Source of the DNA: Patescibacteria group bacterium
GTDB taxonomy: Bacteria > Patescibacteriota > Patescibacteriia > UBA1558 > GWA2-36-10
Length of the DNA stretch: 64,000 nucleotides
NCBI GenBank assembly: GCA_041665505.1
Contig: JBAYIR010000001.1
Location: 83,108 to 147,107, forward strand
Reading direction: 5' to 3'
Shown one piece after another: positions 49,454 through 59,423 of the stretch (the first letter of the stretch is position 1; each line of letters begins with the position of its first letter). Under the pieces are notes generated by a model. That model was not told the origin of the DNA, did not search any database, and saw nothing but the letters and a program-made list of their open reading frames with translations. Both the position numbers and the translations under genes were made by a program.

Positions 49454-50113
49454 ATGAAATTACTTCTTACATCAAATGGTCTTTGTAACGAAACGATTGC
49501 AGCTAGGTTTGTAGAAATGATTGGCAAGCCAATAAGTGAAGCAATAATTGCTTTTATACCAACAGCTGTAAATGTTACAAGCAGTAATAAAAGTTGGTTT
49601 GTTAATGATCTAGTTAATATAGAAAAATTAAAACCAAAAATGTTGGATATAGTTGATATTTCTGCTTTACCTCAAGAGCTATGGCAAGCACGTTTGGAAG
49701 CTGCTGATGTATTATTTTTTTCTGGCGGTAACTCTTTTTACTTGATGTATCACATTAGAAAATCAGGTTTAGATAAATTATTGCCAAAATTACTTGAAAC
49801 TAGATTATATACAGGAATTAGTGCCGGGAGTATTGTTGCTACCAAATCTTTGGCATTAACCAGTGAGTATAATAGAGCTTTTGCTAAGCAATATAATGAA
49901 TATGCAGGAGAAGAGGGTTTAGCGTTAGTAGATTTTCATATTATACCGCATCTGAATTCATCTAAATTTCCAGATGCGTGTGATGAAAAGATTAAAGAAG
50001 TAGCTAAAGATATTCTAGGACCAATTTATGCTCTAGATAATGAAAGCGCCATTTCTATAATTGATGGGCAGCTAGATATAGTATCTGAAGGAAAATGGAA
50101 AAAATATAATTAA
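49454..50113 (+). CDS. Peptidase E (S51) family protein
   Basis: LLLTSNG, FIPTA, GGNSF, GISAGS, PHLN. Confidence 0.9.
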   Translation: MKLLLTSNGLCNETIAARFVEMIGKPISEAIIAFIPTAVNVTSSNKSWFVNDLVNIEKLKPKMLDIVDISALPQELWQARLEAADVLFFSGGNSFYLMYHIRKSGLDKLLPKLLETRLYTGISAGSIVATKSLALTSEYNRAFAKQYNEYAGEEGLALVDFHIIPHLNSSKFPDACDEKIKEVAKDILGPIYALDNESAISIIDGQLDIVSEGKWKKYN

Positions 50114-50149
50114 CAAGATATTCAAATAAATTTAGTATAATAAAGCTAT

Positions 50150-51565
50150 ATGACAAGAATAAAAACAATAGAAACAGTAAATAAAGTAGGTGAAACAGTT
50201 TTGGTCAAAGGCTGGGTCAATGTCCGTAGAAATATGGGTAAAATTGCTTTCTTGGATTTACGTGACCGTTTTGGCATACTGCAAGTAGTGGCTGTACCAG
50301 CTGAGCTGGATGAAGCATCACAGGCTTTATTAAATACTATCCGTCCAGAGTTTGTCTTGGCTATAGAAGGTCTAGTCCAAGCTCGGGGGGCTAAACAAAT
50401 CAATAATGACTTAGCTACCGGCACAGTTGAACTTTTGGCCAAAAAAATACAGATATTATCTGAGGCTGAAACACCACCATTTGAAATAGATAATGAAGAA
50501 CGGCAAGCCAATGAAGAATTGCGTTTGAAATATAGATACCTTGATCTTCGCCATGAGCGCATGAAAAATAATATTGTGGCTCGTGATAAAGTGATTATGT
50601 TTTTTAGAGAGTGGTTGCATAAAAATGATTTTATAGAAGTGCAGACTCCAATTCTTTCCAAATCTACCCCTGAGGGAGCTAGAGATTATCTAGTGCCCTC
50701 ACGTCTTCATCCGGGACAGTTTTTTGCTCTGCCACAAGCTCCACAGCAATACAAACAGCTACTGATGGTAGCTGGCCTTGATCGTTATTTTCAAGTGGCT
50801 CCTTGTTTTAGAGACGAGGATGCTAGAGCTGATAGAAGTCCAGGAGAATTTTATCAATTGGATATGGAAATGAGCTTCATGACTCAAGAAGAGATTCTTG
50901 TTTTGGTAGAAACAATGTTTACAGAAATGGTAGAAACTCTATTCCCAGAGAAAAAAATTACGAAAAAGCCTTGGCCAAGAATTGATCATGATGAAGCTAT
51001 AGCCAAATACGGCAGTGATAAGCCTGATTTGAGAGAAAACAAAAATGATCCCAATGAATTAGCTTTTGCTTGGATAATTAATTTTCCATTATTTGCCAAA
51101 CAAACTGATGAAGATAGATTTATTGGTGCTGGCGACACTTGGGGACCAAGTCACAATATGTTTACTGCTCCCAAAGAAGAAGATGTACCATTACTAGATA
51201 GTGATCCAGGCAAAGTCAGAGCCTACCAACATGATTTGGCTTTAAATGGTTTTGAAGTAGGAGGAGGAGCTATTCGTATTCATGACATGAAAATTCAAGA
51301 AAAAGTTTGGAATTTAATTGGCTTTTCTGATGAGCAGAAAAAACAGTTTAAGCATTATTTTGAAGCTTTCAAATATGGTGTACCACCTCATGGCGGTATT
51401 GCTCCAGGCTTAGACAGACTAATGATGGTTTTGTTGGGAGAAAAAAATCTCAAGGAAGTGACTGCTTTTCCTTTGACTTCTGATGGTAGAGATCCAATGA
51501 TGGAATCTCCAGCTAATGTTAGCCAAGAACAGCTGGATGAATTACATCTGTCTATTAAGAAATAA
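50150..51565 (+). CDS. aspS: Aspartate--tRNA ligase, short form lacking the GAD insertion domain
   Basis: RLKYRYLDLR, TPEGARDYLVPSR, CFRDED, PPHGGIAPGLDR; 471 aa. Confidence 0.95.
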   Translation: MTRIKTIETVNKVGETVLVKGWVNVRRNMGKIAFLDLRDRFGILQVVAVPAELDEASQALLNTIRPEFVLAIEGLVQARGAKQINNDLATGTVELLAKKIQILSEAETPPFEIDNEERQANEELRLKYRYLDLRHERMKNNIVARDKVIMFFREWLHKNDFIEVQTPILSKSTPEGARDYLVPSRLHPGQFFALPQAPQQYKQLLMVAGLDRYFQVAPCFRDEDARADRSPGEFYQLDMEMSFMTQEEILVLVETMFTEMVETLFPEKKITKKPWPRIDHDEAIAKYGSDKPDLRENKNDPNELAFAWIINFPLFAKQTDEDRFIGAGDTWGPSHNMFTAPKEEDVPLLDSDPGKVRAYQHDLALNGFEVGGGAIRIHDMKIQEKVWNLIGFSDEQKKQFKHYFEAFKYGVPPHGGIAPGLDRLMMVLLGEKNLKEVTAFPLTSDGRDPMMESPANVSQEQLDELHLSIKK

Positions 51566-51649
51566 TATATTTAAGTATTTTAAAACACTCTGGGCACAAG
51601 CTCAGGGTGTTTTTTTGACCGGCCTTTTTGTTTGTAGTATAATAAAATA

Positions 51650-51801
51650 AATATAAAGTTCTTCCAGCTATTCACGTCTTGATAAACATCATTTATCATG
51701 ATGGCGTGGAAACCGTCAGCCCAAATGCGCCTCAGGTGTCTCCTAGCGCTTGCGCGCTGACGGAATAGGGGGCCGGCGTTCGTCGGCCCCCGTCCTTTTT
51801 T
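51650..51801 (+). ncRNA. Candidate structured ncRNA with its own promoter and terminator
   Basis: TTGACC(51615)-N17-TATAAT; stems ctattc/gaatag, cacgtc..tgataaa/tttatca..ggcgtg, ccgtcagc/gctgacgg; terminator ggggccggcg-tt-cgtcggcccc plus T tract. Confidence 0.6.
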
Positions 51802-51898
51802 ACTGCTAAATACGTTTTTTATATTGGGCAAAATGAATTGAAAAAAAAGACTTTAAATGCTATAATAAAAACGCGTTTTTTATTACTTTATTCTATAA

Positions 51899-52603
51899 AT
51901 GCATCAAATCCAATTGGAACAATTTGAAGGTCCGCTGGATCTTTTACTTAAATTGATAGAAAAAAATCAGTTACAAGTCACAGAAATTTCTTTGGCCAAA
52001 ATTACTGATCAATATCTATCATACATAGAACAAGGCGAAAATATTGCTTCCACCGAGATAGCTGATTTTTTATTGATAGCTTCCAAGCTTATTTATCTAA
52101 AATCAAAATATTTATTGCCAGATTTTGATATTGAAGATGAAGAAGATGCTGCTTCTTTGGAAAATCAGTTAAAAATATACAGGCAATATTATGAAGCTAG
52201 CAAATTATTAGCCAAGCAATTTGGTGATTTTAATAAATTTTCATACCCTCGTATTACTCCTTATAAATTACCTAGTGAAAAAGGTTTTGCACCAGCTGAT
52301 AATGTGAATAAAGATATTATGAGAGAGTTATTTGCCAATGTAATTTCCAAAATAGAGAGAATAGTCAGTTTGCCAAAGATGATTATGACGCGAGCAGTTT
52401 CTATTAGTGAAAAAATTAGAGATTTGCAGGAGATTATAAAAATTCATAGTAAAATAAGTTTTAATAAAATGTTTAGGAGACAAGATAAGATTGAAACAGT
52501 GGTCAATTTTTTGGCCATGTTGGAACTCATCAAGCGTAAAGAAATAGATGTAGAGCAGGATATTTTATTTGGCGACCTAAATATATTAAGAAATCAAAAA
52601 TAA
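51899..52603 (+). CDS. scpA: Segregation and condensation protein A
   Basis: FEGPLDLLL, ITDQYL, FLAMLEL. Confidence 0.94.
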   Translation: MHQIQLEQFEGPLDLLLKLIEKNQLQVTEISLAKITDQYLSYIEQGENIASTEIADFLLIASKLIYLKSKYLLPDFDIEDEEDAASLENQLKIYRQYYEASKLLAKQFGDFNKFSYPRITPYKLPSEKGFAPADNVNKDIMRELFANVISKIERIVSLPKMIMTRAVSISEKIRDLQEIIKIHSKISFNKMFRRQDKIETVVNFLAMLELIKRKEIDVEQDILFGDLNILRNQK

Positions 52604-52604
52604 T

Positions 52605-53165
52605 ATGCTAAAAAATAGTTTATCAATCTTAGAGTCTCTACTTTTAGCTTCGGGCAAAGCGTTGACTTACAAAGAAGCTAGTAAATTATTGGAGTGTCAA
52701 GAAGATGATATCAAAAAAATATTGCCACAGCTAGAAGAAAAATTTAATAAAGCAGACAGTGGTATTCATATTTTAGTTAATAATCAAAAAATACAATTTG
52801 TTTCTAATCCGGATAATATCCAAGTGTTAAAAAATTATTTTCAAGATGAGCTAAGCGGTGATCTTAGTAAGCCATCTTTGGAGACTTTGACTATTATTGC
52901 TTATCGTCAGCCAGTCAGCAAAGAAGAATTAGAACAAATCAGAGGCGTCAATTGTTCCATGATCATACGCAATTTATTGATTAGAGGCCTGATAGAAGAG
53001 AGTACGGAGAAAGACAGTCTAACTACCAATTATTCAATTACTATGGATTTTTTAAGGCATATGGGTTTGTCTTCAGTCAAAGAATTACCAGATTATGATA
53101 AGTTAAATAGCGATGAAAATTTAGCCAAACTTTTAGAAACTACTGGTCATGAAGAAAACAAGTAA
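52605..53165 (+). CDS. scpB: Segregation and condensation protein B
   Basis: LETLTIIAYRQPVS, IRGVN. Confidence 0.94.
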   Translation: MLKNSLSILESLLLASGKALTYKEASKLLECQEDDIKKILPQLEEKFNKADSGIHILVNNQKIQFVSNPDNIQVLKNYFQDELSGDLSKPSLETLTIIAYRQPVSKEELEQIRGVNCSMIIRNLLIRGLIEESTEKDSLTTNYSITMDFLRHMGLSSVKELPDYDKLNSDENLAKLLETTGHEENK

Positions 53166-53847
53166 AAATACTATACGGCTAGCCAAATTTTTGGCTGAAG
53201 CTGGCTTGGCTTCACGACGTAAGTCAGAGGAGCTTATTAGAGCTGGCAGAGTTAAAATAGCTGGTGTAGTTACTGATGATGTAGCTACCAATGTCTTGGC
53301 TAGTCAATCTGATATTTCAGTAGATAATAAAAAAGTAATATTAGAGGAAAAAGTTTATTATTTGTTGAATAAACCAGAGGGCTATATCTGTTCTGTTAGT
53401 GATCCACATAATGATAAATCAGTCATTGATTTGGTACCCAAGCATCCGAGAGTAGTACCAGTAGGCAGATTAGATAAAGATTCAGCAGGTTTGCTTTTAC
53501 TGACTAATGATGGGGAATTAATTTATCAATTGACTCATCCAAAATTTGAGATAAGTAAAACTTACGTGGCGACAGTCAATCAGGAATTGGATAGAGGCAT
53601 TGTGGATATATTGAAAAAGGGTGTTCTCTTGCCAGAGGGTTTAGCTCGAGCTGACAAGATAAGAATCTTGGACAAAAATAAATTGGAAATAGTAATTCAC
53701 CAAGGTTGGAATAGACAAATTAGGCGCATGATAGGATCAGAGGGTTTACGAGTGACAGAATTAGTCAGACTAGCTGAAGGTAAATTAAAATTAGGTGATT
53801 TAGCCAGTGGTAATTATAGACAGTTAAGACGAGAGGAAATTTTATGA
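53149..53847 (+). CDS. rluB: rRNA pseudouridine synthase (RsuA/RluB family)
   Basis: S4 domain ASRRKSE; GRLDKDSAGL; NRQIRRM. Confidence 0.88.
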   Translation: MKKTSKNTIRLAKFLAEAGLASRRKSEELIRAGRVKIAGVVTDDVATNVLASQSDISVDNKKVILEEKVYYLLNKPEGYICSVSDPHNDKSVIDLVPKHPRVVPVGRLDKDSAGLLLLTNDGELIYQLTHPKFEISKTYVATVNQELDRGIVDILKKGVLLPEGLARADKIRILDKNKLEIVIHQGWNRQIRRMIGSEGLRVTELVRLAEGKLKLGDLASGNYRQLRREEIL

Positions 53848-54371
53848 AACTTTTAGTCACTATCAAAGATAAAGATATTCGTCCAGATTATATATTACCA
53901 AAGGAGCTAAATTATAATCCAAGAATTTCTCCGCGAGCGGTTCTATTTGATGAAGATAACAAAATAGCTTTATTACATGTTAGTAAACATCATTATTATA
54001 AATTACCAGGCGGTGGAGCTGAAAAAGAGGAGGATATTAAAAGTGCTTTAGCTAGAGAATGCTTAGAAGAAACTGGTTGTGAGATTAAAATAATAGGTGA
54101 AATTGGTCAAACTATAGAGTATAGAGCCGGCTGGCAAACACTTCAGACTTCTTATAATTTTCTAGCTAAAGTTGAGGGGAAAAAGGGTCAGACAAATTTT
54201 GAAGGTGACGAAATCGATTATGGTTTTAAACTTATCTGGGTAGATCTTGAGCAGGCTTTAGAGCTAATAAAAAATTCTAGACCAAATGATGATACATACG
54301 ATGGCAAATTTATTGTTAAGAGAGATAGAATTATTTTGGAAGAAGCAAAAAATATAATGGATAATTTATGA
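53844..54371 (+). CDS. NUDIX hydrolase
   Basis: LPGGGAEKEEDIKSALARECLEETG Nudix box. Confidence 0.92.
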   Translation: MKLLVTIKDKDIRPDYILPKELNYNPRISPRAVLFDEDNKIALLHVSKHHYYKLPGGGAEKEEDIKSALARECLEETGCEIKIIGEIGQTIEYRAGWQTLQTSYNFLAKVEGKKGQTNFEGDEIDYGFKLIWVDLEQALELIKNSRPNDDTYDGKFIVKRDRIILEEAKNIMDNL

Positions 54372-55294
54372 ATCTTTGGATATTAGTATCAACAATAATT
54401 TTTAGCTGGGGTTTAAATAGCCATGCTATTTATCAATTGCCACTTGTGAGTATTTTTAACAGTGAGCAAGGCACAATGGCTAATCTAGAAAAAGTAGTAG
54501 TGGCTGATGAGAAAAAAATAGTGCCTCATAAAATAGATAACAAATCTTTAGGTGTAAAGATTCAGGCTGTTTCAGCAGCTAGTATGGATAAAGATACTGG
54601 CATTATTTTGTGGCAAAAAAATGCCACTGAACAGAGGTCTATTGCTAGTATTACAAAATTGATGACTACTTTGGTATTTTTGGAACATAATCCAGGTTGG
54701 GAAAATGAAGTCACTATGGAAGAAACTGATGAAGTCAGCGGAGGTACCAATAGGATACTAAGAGGGGAAATAGTCACAGTGCGAGATCTTTTTTATACTG
54801 CTCTGATTGCCTCAGACAACAATGCTACTGAAGCTTTAGCTCGTAGTACTGGATTGTCAAAAGAGGAATTTATAAAAAAAATGAATAGCAAAGCCAGAGA
54901 TTTATCTTTGAATAATACTAGTTTTAAAGGTTTGACTGGTCTGCAAGATGATAATAAATCCACAGCCCTAGATATTTTATCGCTAGCGAAAGTAGCTTTT
55001 GCTAATCAGCATATTAGTGATGCTGTTTCGCGCTCGGCTTATAATTTTCAAGCTAAAAGCGGACAGAATCATGAGATAAAGACCACTAATAAATTATTTA
55101 ATAGCTTTTTGGATATCAAAGCTGGTAAAACTGGTTTTACCAATGCAGCTGGCTATTGTCTAGTAGCTGAAGTAGGAAATAAGGACGGTCACGATATTAT
55201 ATCAGTAGTTCTAGGCTCTGATACACATGATGGTCGCTTTCAAGATTTGAAAATATTGTCAGCTTGGGTCTTAAATAATTTTATCTGGTCTTAA
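54368..55294 (+). CDS. D-alanyl-D-alanine carboxypeptidase (S11)
   Basis: ASITKLMT, SDN, KTGFT. Confidence 0.92.
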   Translation: MNLWILVSTIIFSWGLNSHAIYQLPLVSIFNSEQGTMANLEKVVVADEKKIVPHKIDNKSLGVKIQAVSAASMDKDTGIILWQKNATEQRSIASITKLMTTLVFLEHNPGWENEVTMEETDEVSGGTNRILRGEIVTVRDLFYTALIASDNNATEALARSTGLSKEEFIKKMNSKARDLSLNNTSFKGLTGLQDDNKSTALDILSLAKVAFANQHISDAVSRSAYNFQAKSGQNHEIKTTNKLFNSFLDIKAGKTGFTNAAGYCLVAEVGNKDGHDIISVVLGSDTHDGRFQDLKILSAWVLNNFIWS

Positions 55295-55326
55295 ATAGCA
55301 TTTTGTTTTATACTTAATTCATAATT

Positions 55327-55818
55327 ATGGAAATATCTTGGATTTATAATATTCATCCTTTAGTAGCTACATTTTTATTATCTATTTTACCTGTTTTTGA
55401 ACTCCGAGCAGCTATTCCTATGGTCATGGCCAATTTTGATACGCCACTATGGCAAATATTTGTGGTAGCAGTTTTGTCTAGCATTATTCCAGGTATATTA
55501 ATTGTTTATTTTTTGGGGCCAATATCCAATTGGCTGAGAAGGTGGAAAATATTTGATAGATTTTTTGATGCTTTGTTTGCTAGAACTAGAGCAAAATATG
55601 ATAAAAAATATGCGGTTTTAAGTAAAGTGGCGCTTATGCTTTTTGTAGCTATTCCTTTACCAGGTACAGGAGTTTGGACAGGATCTTTGATTGCTTGGTT
55701 ATTTAATTTTGATAAGCAACAATCATTAATATATATTGGTCTAGGTTCTTTTTTAGCAGGTGTTTTGGTTATGATGATCTCATTAGGAGCATTTAAGATT
55801 TTTGAGATAATACTATGA
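55327..55818 (+). CDS. Small multidrug-export-like membrane protein (COG2426)
   Basis: PVFELRAAIP, FVAIPLPGTGVWTG. Confidence 0.88.
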   Translation: MEISWIYNIHPLVATFLLSILPVFELRAAIPMVMANFDTPLWQIFVVAVLSSIIPGILIVYFLGPISNWLRRWKIFDRFFDALFARTRAKYDKKYAVLSKVALMLFVAIPLPGTGVWTGSLIAWLFNFDKQQSLIYIGLGSFLAGVLVMMISLGAFKIFEIIL

Positions 55819-56555
55819 AAAAATATAAACAAATTTTAGTGGCTAATTGGAAGATGAATTTAGATGTTGGTGAAACTACTGTTTTAGCTAAGAAATTAAA
55901 ATTAATGCTAGCCAAGGAAAAACTAGCTGACAAAAAAGTAGTGTTTTGTCCTAGTTTTTTAGCAATAGCTGAAGTATCTAAAATTTTAAAGGGTTCAGGC
56001 ATATCTTTGGGAGCTCAAGATGTCTTCTATGAAAAAAATGGTGCTTTTACCGGTGAGATATCTGCTTCTAGTTTAAAAAAATTAGCTTGTGATTATGTTA
56101 TTGTTGGCCACAGCGAGAGAAGAGCGCTGGGTGAAACTGATGAAATGGTCAACAAAAAAGCCAAAGCAGTTTTGGAAAATAATATAACACCTATTATTTG
56201 TGTGGGTGAAACTTTGGCAGAATATAAAGCTGGTGCCACTAAAAAAGTTTTAGCTAGACAAGTAACTAAAGCTTTAAAAAAATTAGATAACAAATATTTT
56301 ATATTAGCTTATGAACCTGTTTGGTCTATCAGCACCAGTGGTAGTGGTAAAGTCATCAGTCCAGCTGAAGCCATAGCTCAGATTGCAGTACTTAAAAAAA
56401 ATATTCCAGCGCATTTGAATAATTTTGATATTATCTATGGTGGTAGTGTTAAGGCTGACACAGTAGCTAATTTTAGCACAGATTTTAAAGGTGCTTTGGT
56501 CGGTGGCGATAGTTTAAAGGCGCAATCATTTTTTAAGTTAATTAAAAATTCATAA
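55815..56555 (+). CDS. tpiA: Triosephosphate isomerase
   Basis: ANWKMN, GAFTGEIS, GHSERR, AYEPVW, YGGSV. Confidence 0.96.
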   Translation: MKKYKQILVANWKMNLDVGETTVLAKKLKLMLAKEKLADKKVVFCPSFLAIAEVSKILKGSGISLGAQDVFYEKNGAFTGEISASSLKKLACDYVIVGHSERRALGETDEMVNKKAKAVLENNITPIICVGETLAEYKAGATKKVLARQVTKALKKLDNKYFILAYEPVWSISTSGSGKVISPAEAIAQIAVLKKNIPAHLNNFDIIYGGSVKADTVANFSTDFKGALVGGDSLKAQSFFKLIKNS

Positions 56556-56673
56556 AAATATATTTATTTAAATTTATTGTTCATACTTTGAATTATCTGT
56601 TCCGTTGTTGTTACAAAGTCACATCTAAATCAAAGTTCTCACAATAAATTTAAATATTGTAAAATAAAAACAT

Positions 56674-57543
56674 ATGATAGTGCCAATCAAGCAAATAGTA
56701 TTAAAAGCCCAACAAGGTCGCTACGCGGTGGGAGCTTTTAATACTTCAAATTTAGAAACTACTTTGGCTATTATTAGAGCGGCAATCAAGCAAAAATCAC
56801 CAGTCATAATTCAGACATCAGAATCAGCTATTAGCTATTCCAATTTACAAACTTTATTTGCTATCATGACGAGCCTTGGAAATACTGTTGGTAAAAAAGT
56901 GCCTATTGCCATACACCTTGATCATGGCAAAAATACCCAGATAGTCAAAGATTGTATTAATATTGGTTACAATTCAGTGCATATGGATGCTTCCGAAAAA
57001 GATTATGCCACTAATCTTAAATTGTCCAAACAAATGGCTATTTTGGCGCACAATAAGAAAATATGGATTCAGGCAGAGCTGGGTTCAATTTTGGGTAAAG
57101 AAGGCTTAGTTAAGCTTGAAACAGGGGAGATAAATATGAAAGATTTAATGACTAACCCTCATCAAGCTAAGGATTTTGTGGAACATACTAAAATAGACAC
57201 CCTAGCTATTTCAGTCGGCACTATTCATGGTCATTTCAAAGGCGTGGAAAGAGTTGATCAGCCCCGCTTGAAAAAAATAAGAGAATTGGTTAAGATACCT
57301 CTTGTTTTGCATGGTGGCTCAGGACTTAGCCCTCAAACTTTCAAGCAGGCTATCAAAAATGGTATTAGTATAATAAATATAGATACAAATTTGCGTTTAG
57401 CCTTTAAAAAAGCCTTGAGTGATACTATTTCTAAAGAAAGTGATATTATAGATCCTCGTAAGATTCTTAATCCTTCTACCGAGGCTATGCAAAAAGAAGT
57501 AGAAAAAATGATTAGAATTTTTGGTAGTTATAACAAAGCATAA
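56674..57543 (+). CDS. fba: Class II fructose-bisphosphate aldolase
   Basis: AVGAFN, HLDH, GTIHG, LVLHGGSG. Confidence 0.94.
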   Translation: MIVPIKQIVLKAQQGRYAVGAFNTSNLETTLAIIRAAIKQKSPVIIQTSESAISYSNLQTLFAIMTSLGNTVGKKVPIAIHLDHGKNTQIVKDCINIGYNSVHMDASEKDYATNLKLSKQMAILAHNKKIWIQAELGSILGKEGLVKLETGEINMKDLMTNPHQAKDFVEHTKIDTLAISVGTIHGHFKGVERVDQPRLKKIRELVKIPLVLHGGSGLSPQTFKQAIKNGISIINIDTNLRLAFKKALSDTISKESDIIDPRKILNPSTEAMQKEVEKMIRIFGSYNKA

Positions 57544-57546
57544 TAT

Positions 57547-58431
57547 ATGTTGGATGTATTTTTAGTAATTATCATACTTTTATCTCTGGGCTTTATTATT
57601 TGGAGAGTAATAAAGAAGTTTTCGCTTTTGACAAATATCAACGTTGATAATTTGCCAGAAGTAAAAATACAAAGACAAAAAGAAGCTATTTTAAAAACTC
57701 GTTTAGAAAGATCCTGGATGGAAATTTTTGCTAAGCTTCAGGTCTTAGCGGGGCCAGCTAAGACCAAGTTAAAAGGTAGTTTAAAACAGTATTATAAAAA
57801 ATTAAAAGATATAGAAAAAGACATCAAGCATCGTGGTTTTGAAAAGCTTAGTTCTTCGGTAGATAAATCTCAAGCTATTGATGAGATTTTAACTACTGCC
57901 AAACAACAGATAAATAATGAAGAATATAATCAAGCTGAAGAAATTATATTAGACGCTATTGGCCTTGATCAGCATAATATAGAAGCTTATAGATTATTAG
58001 CTGAGGTTTATAGATTAAAAAAAGAATATTCTCAAGCTAGGGAAACTTTAGAATATTTATTAAAATTGACTCACGCTGAAGATCCAGATGTTTATTATTC
58101 TTTAGCTGACATTGCTAGAGAAAGAGGTAATCTCAAACAAGCAGAGGAGGAATATATAAAATCAATATCTTTATCAGATGACAATTATCTCTATCTTTTG
58201 TCACTGGCCGAAGTATATATTGATTTAGAAGAAGAAGAAAAAGCTTTAGAAACAGCCAAAAGAGCTTTACTTTTAGCCCCAAATAATCCCAAGATTCTTG
58301 ACTTTTTGATAAATATTAGTATAATTATGTCTGATAAAGAATTAGCTTCTGATTATTTAGACAAGCTAAAAGAAGTAAATCCAGCTAATCAGAAGATAGC
58401 GGAATTTATTGAACGTATTGATAGTTTATAA
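57547..58431 (+). CDS. Membrane-anchored TPR protein
   Basis: N-terminal TM; multiple TPR helical repeats. Confidence 0.85.
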   Translation: MLDVFLVIIILLSLGFIIWRVIKKFSLLTNINVDNLPEVKIQRQKEAILKTRLERSWMEIFAKLQVLAGPAKTKLKGSLKQYYKKLKDIEKDIKHRGFEKLSSSVDKSQAIDEILTTAKQQINNEEYNQAEEIILDAIGLDQHNIEAYRLLAEVYRLKKEYSQARETLEYLLKLTHAEDPDVYYSLADIARERGNLKQAEEEYIKSISLSDDNYLYLLSLAEVYIDLEEEEKALETAKRALLLAPNNPKILDFLINISIIMSDKELASDYLDKLKEVNPANQKIAEFIERIDSL

Positions 58432-58515
58432 TAATTTGAAAATATAATTGTCTTACAGTTGGTGAAGATTTTTCTGCTTACCGGCAGTTAGCTACCAGCT
58501 GTTAATTTTTTATAT

Positions 58516-58601
58516 GGGTCGGTACCGAAGCGGTCAAACGGGGCAGACTGTAAATCTGCTGGCATATGCCTTCGGGGGTTCGAATCCCTCCCGGCCCACC
58601 A
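58516..58601 (+). tRNA. tRNA-Tyr (GTA)
   Basis: gcaga-ctGTAaa-tctgc; long variable arm; CCA. Confidence 0.95.
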
Positions 58602-58639
58602 TCCTTTTTGTATTTTAGTAGTTAGAAATTAATTTGTCG

Positions 58640-58689
58640 TCTGCCGTCATAGCTCCCCGCACAGTCCTGCGGACTTGACGGGGCGAGTG
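58640..58689 (+). pseudogene. Interrupted duplicate of the tRNA-Thr(GGT) 5' end
   Basis: tctgccgtcatagctc|30-nt insert|agtg versus tctgccgtcatagctcagtg at the intact gene. Confidence 0.75.
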
Positions 58690-58751
58690 TTGGTAAAATA
58701 AAGAGTAATAGGCACTTTCTTAGTTTAGTATATAAAATAAGTTTATTATCT

Positions 58752-58826
<75 letters not shown>

Positions 58827-58944
58827 TTCGACTCCGTCCCGCTAAAGCGGGACTTCGCTCATGGTCTTCATCCTCACCGCCATAGGCGGTTCGGATTGCG
58901 ACCACTTTTCTAGGAGTCGAATGCCCTGAGCGAAGTCGAGGGGC
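58827..58944 (+). repeat. tRNA-3'-linked structured repeat, copy 3
   Basis: ttcgactccgtcccgc...cgctcatggtc...ggagtcgaatgccctgagcgaagtcgaggggc. Confidence 0.88.
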
Positions 58945-59123
58945 ATAATAAAACCACCCTTGGGGGTGTTTTTTTGTTTGTTGTATTCATTTGACAAAAT
59001 ATATAAAATATGTTATTATATATAGTTCGTAATTCCTATTCGTATGAGTAGGTGGCTCTGAATGAGCAACGGGGTTTAGGCTTCTTTCCCCAACCAAGGA
59101 AGCGTGTTCTTTGAGGAGGCTGT

Positions 59124-59414
59124 ATGGCCAAGCAATTTGATATCACTGGTGGTCCCTCGCGGGAAGAGCTCTTTGACGCTCTGCGCCTGAGGCATGAGAA
59201 CAGGAAGCCTGTCTTCCACGTGCCGTACATCAGAGGAGGCTGTTTCGTAGTCAGTGTCGATGCCATCGGCATCGAAGACGGCAGTGGCGACAACTGGCTG
59301 TTGCAGCTACATGACCCTAATGGTCTTCTCGGGGCCAATCATTTGAAGGCCTACTTCAACACTGTCACGCGCAGGGGTTGGATGAAGCCCTTGGACTTGA
59401 AGCCCTTGGACTGA
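59124..59414 (+). CDS. Small orphan protein (GC-rich cassette 8)
   Basis: GAGGAGG SD; TTGACA(58991)-N17-TATTAT; GPSREELF...IEDGSGDNW...TRRG; C-terminal KPLD duplication. Confidence 0.8.
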   Translation: MAKQFDITGGPSREELFDALRLRHENRKPVFHVPYIRGGCFVVSVDAIGIEDGSGDNWLLQLHDPNGLLGANHLKAYFNTVTRRGWMKPLDLKPLD

Positions 59415-59423
59415 CGACAACAT

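Noticed and set aside
51660-51770. Hammerhead ribozyme suggested by the GAAAC junction
   Set aside because: CUGANGA core and NUH cleavage triplet are absent
51580-51831. 83-aa minus-strand ORF
   Set aside because: Antisense to the promoter-terminator-bounded structured RNA candidate; no SD or protein-like features
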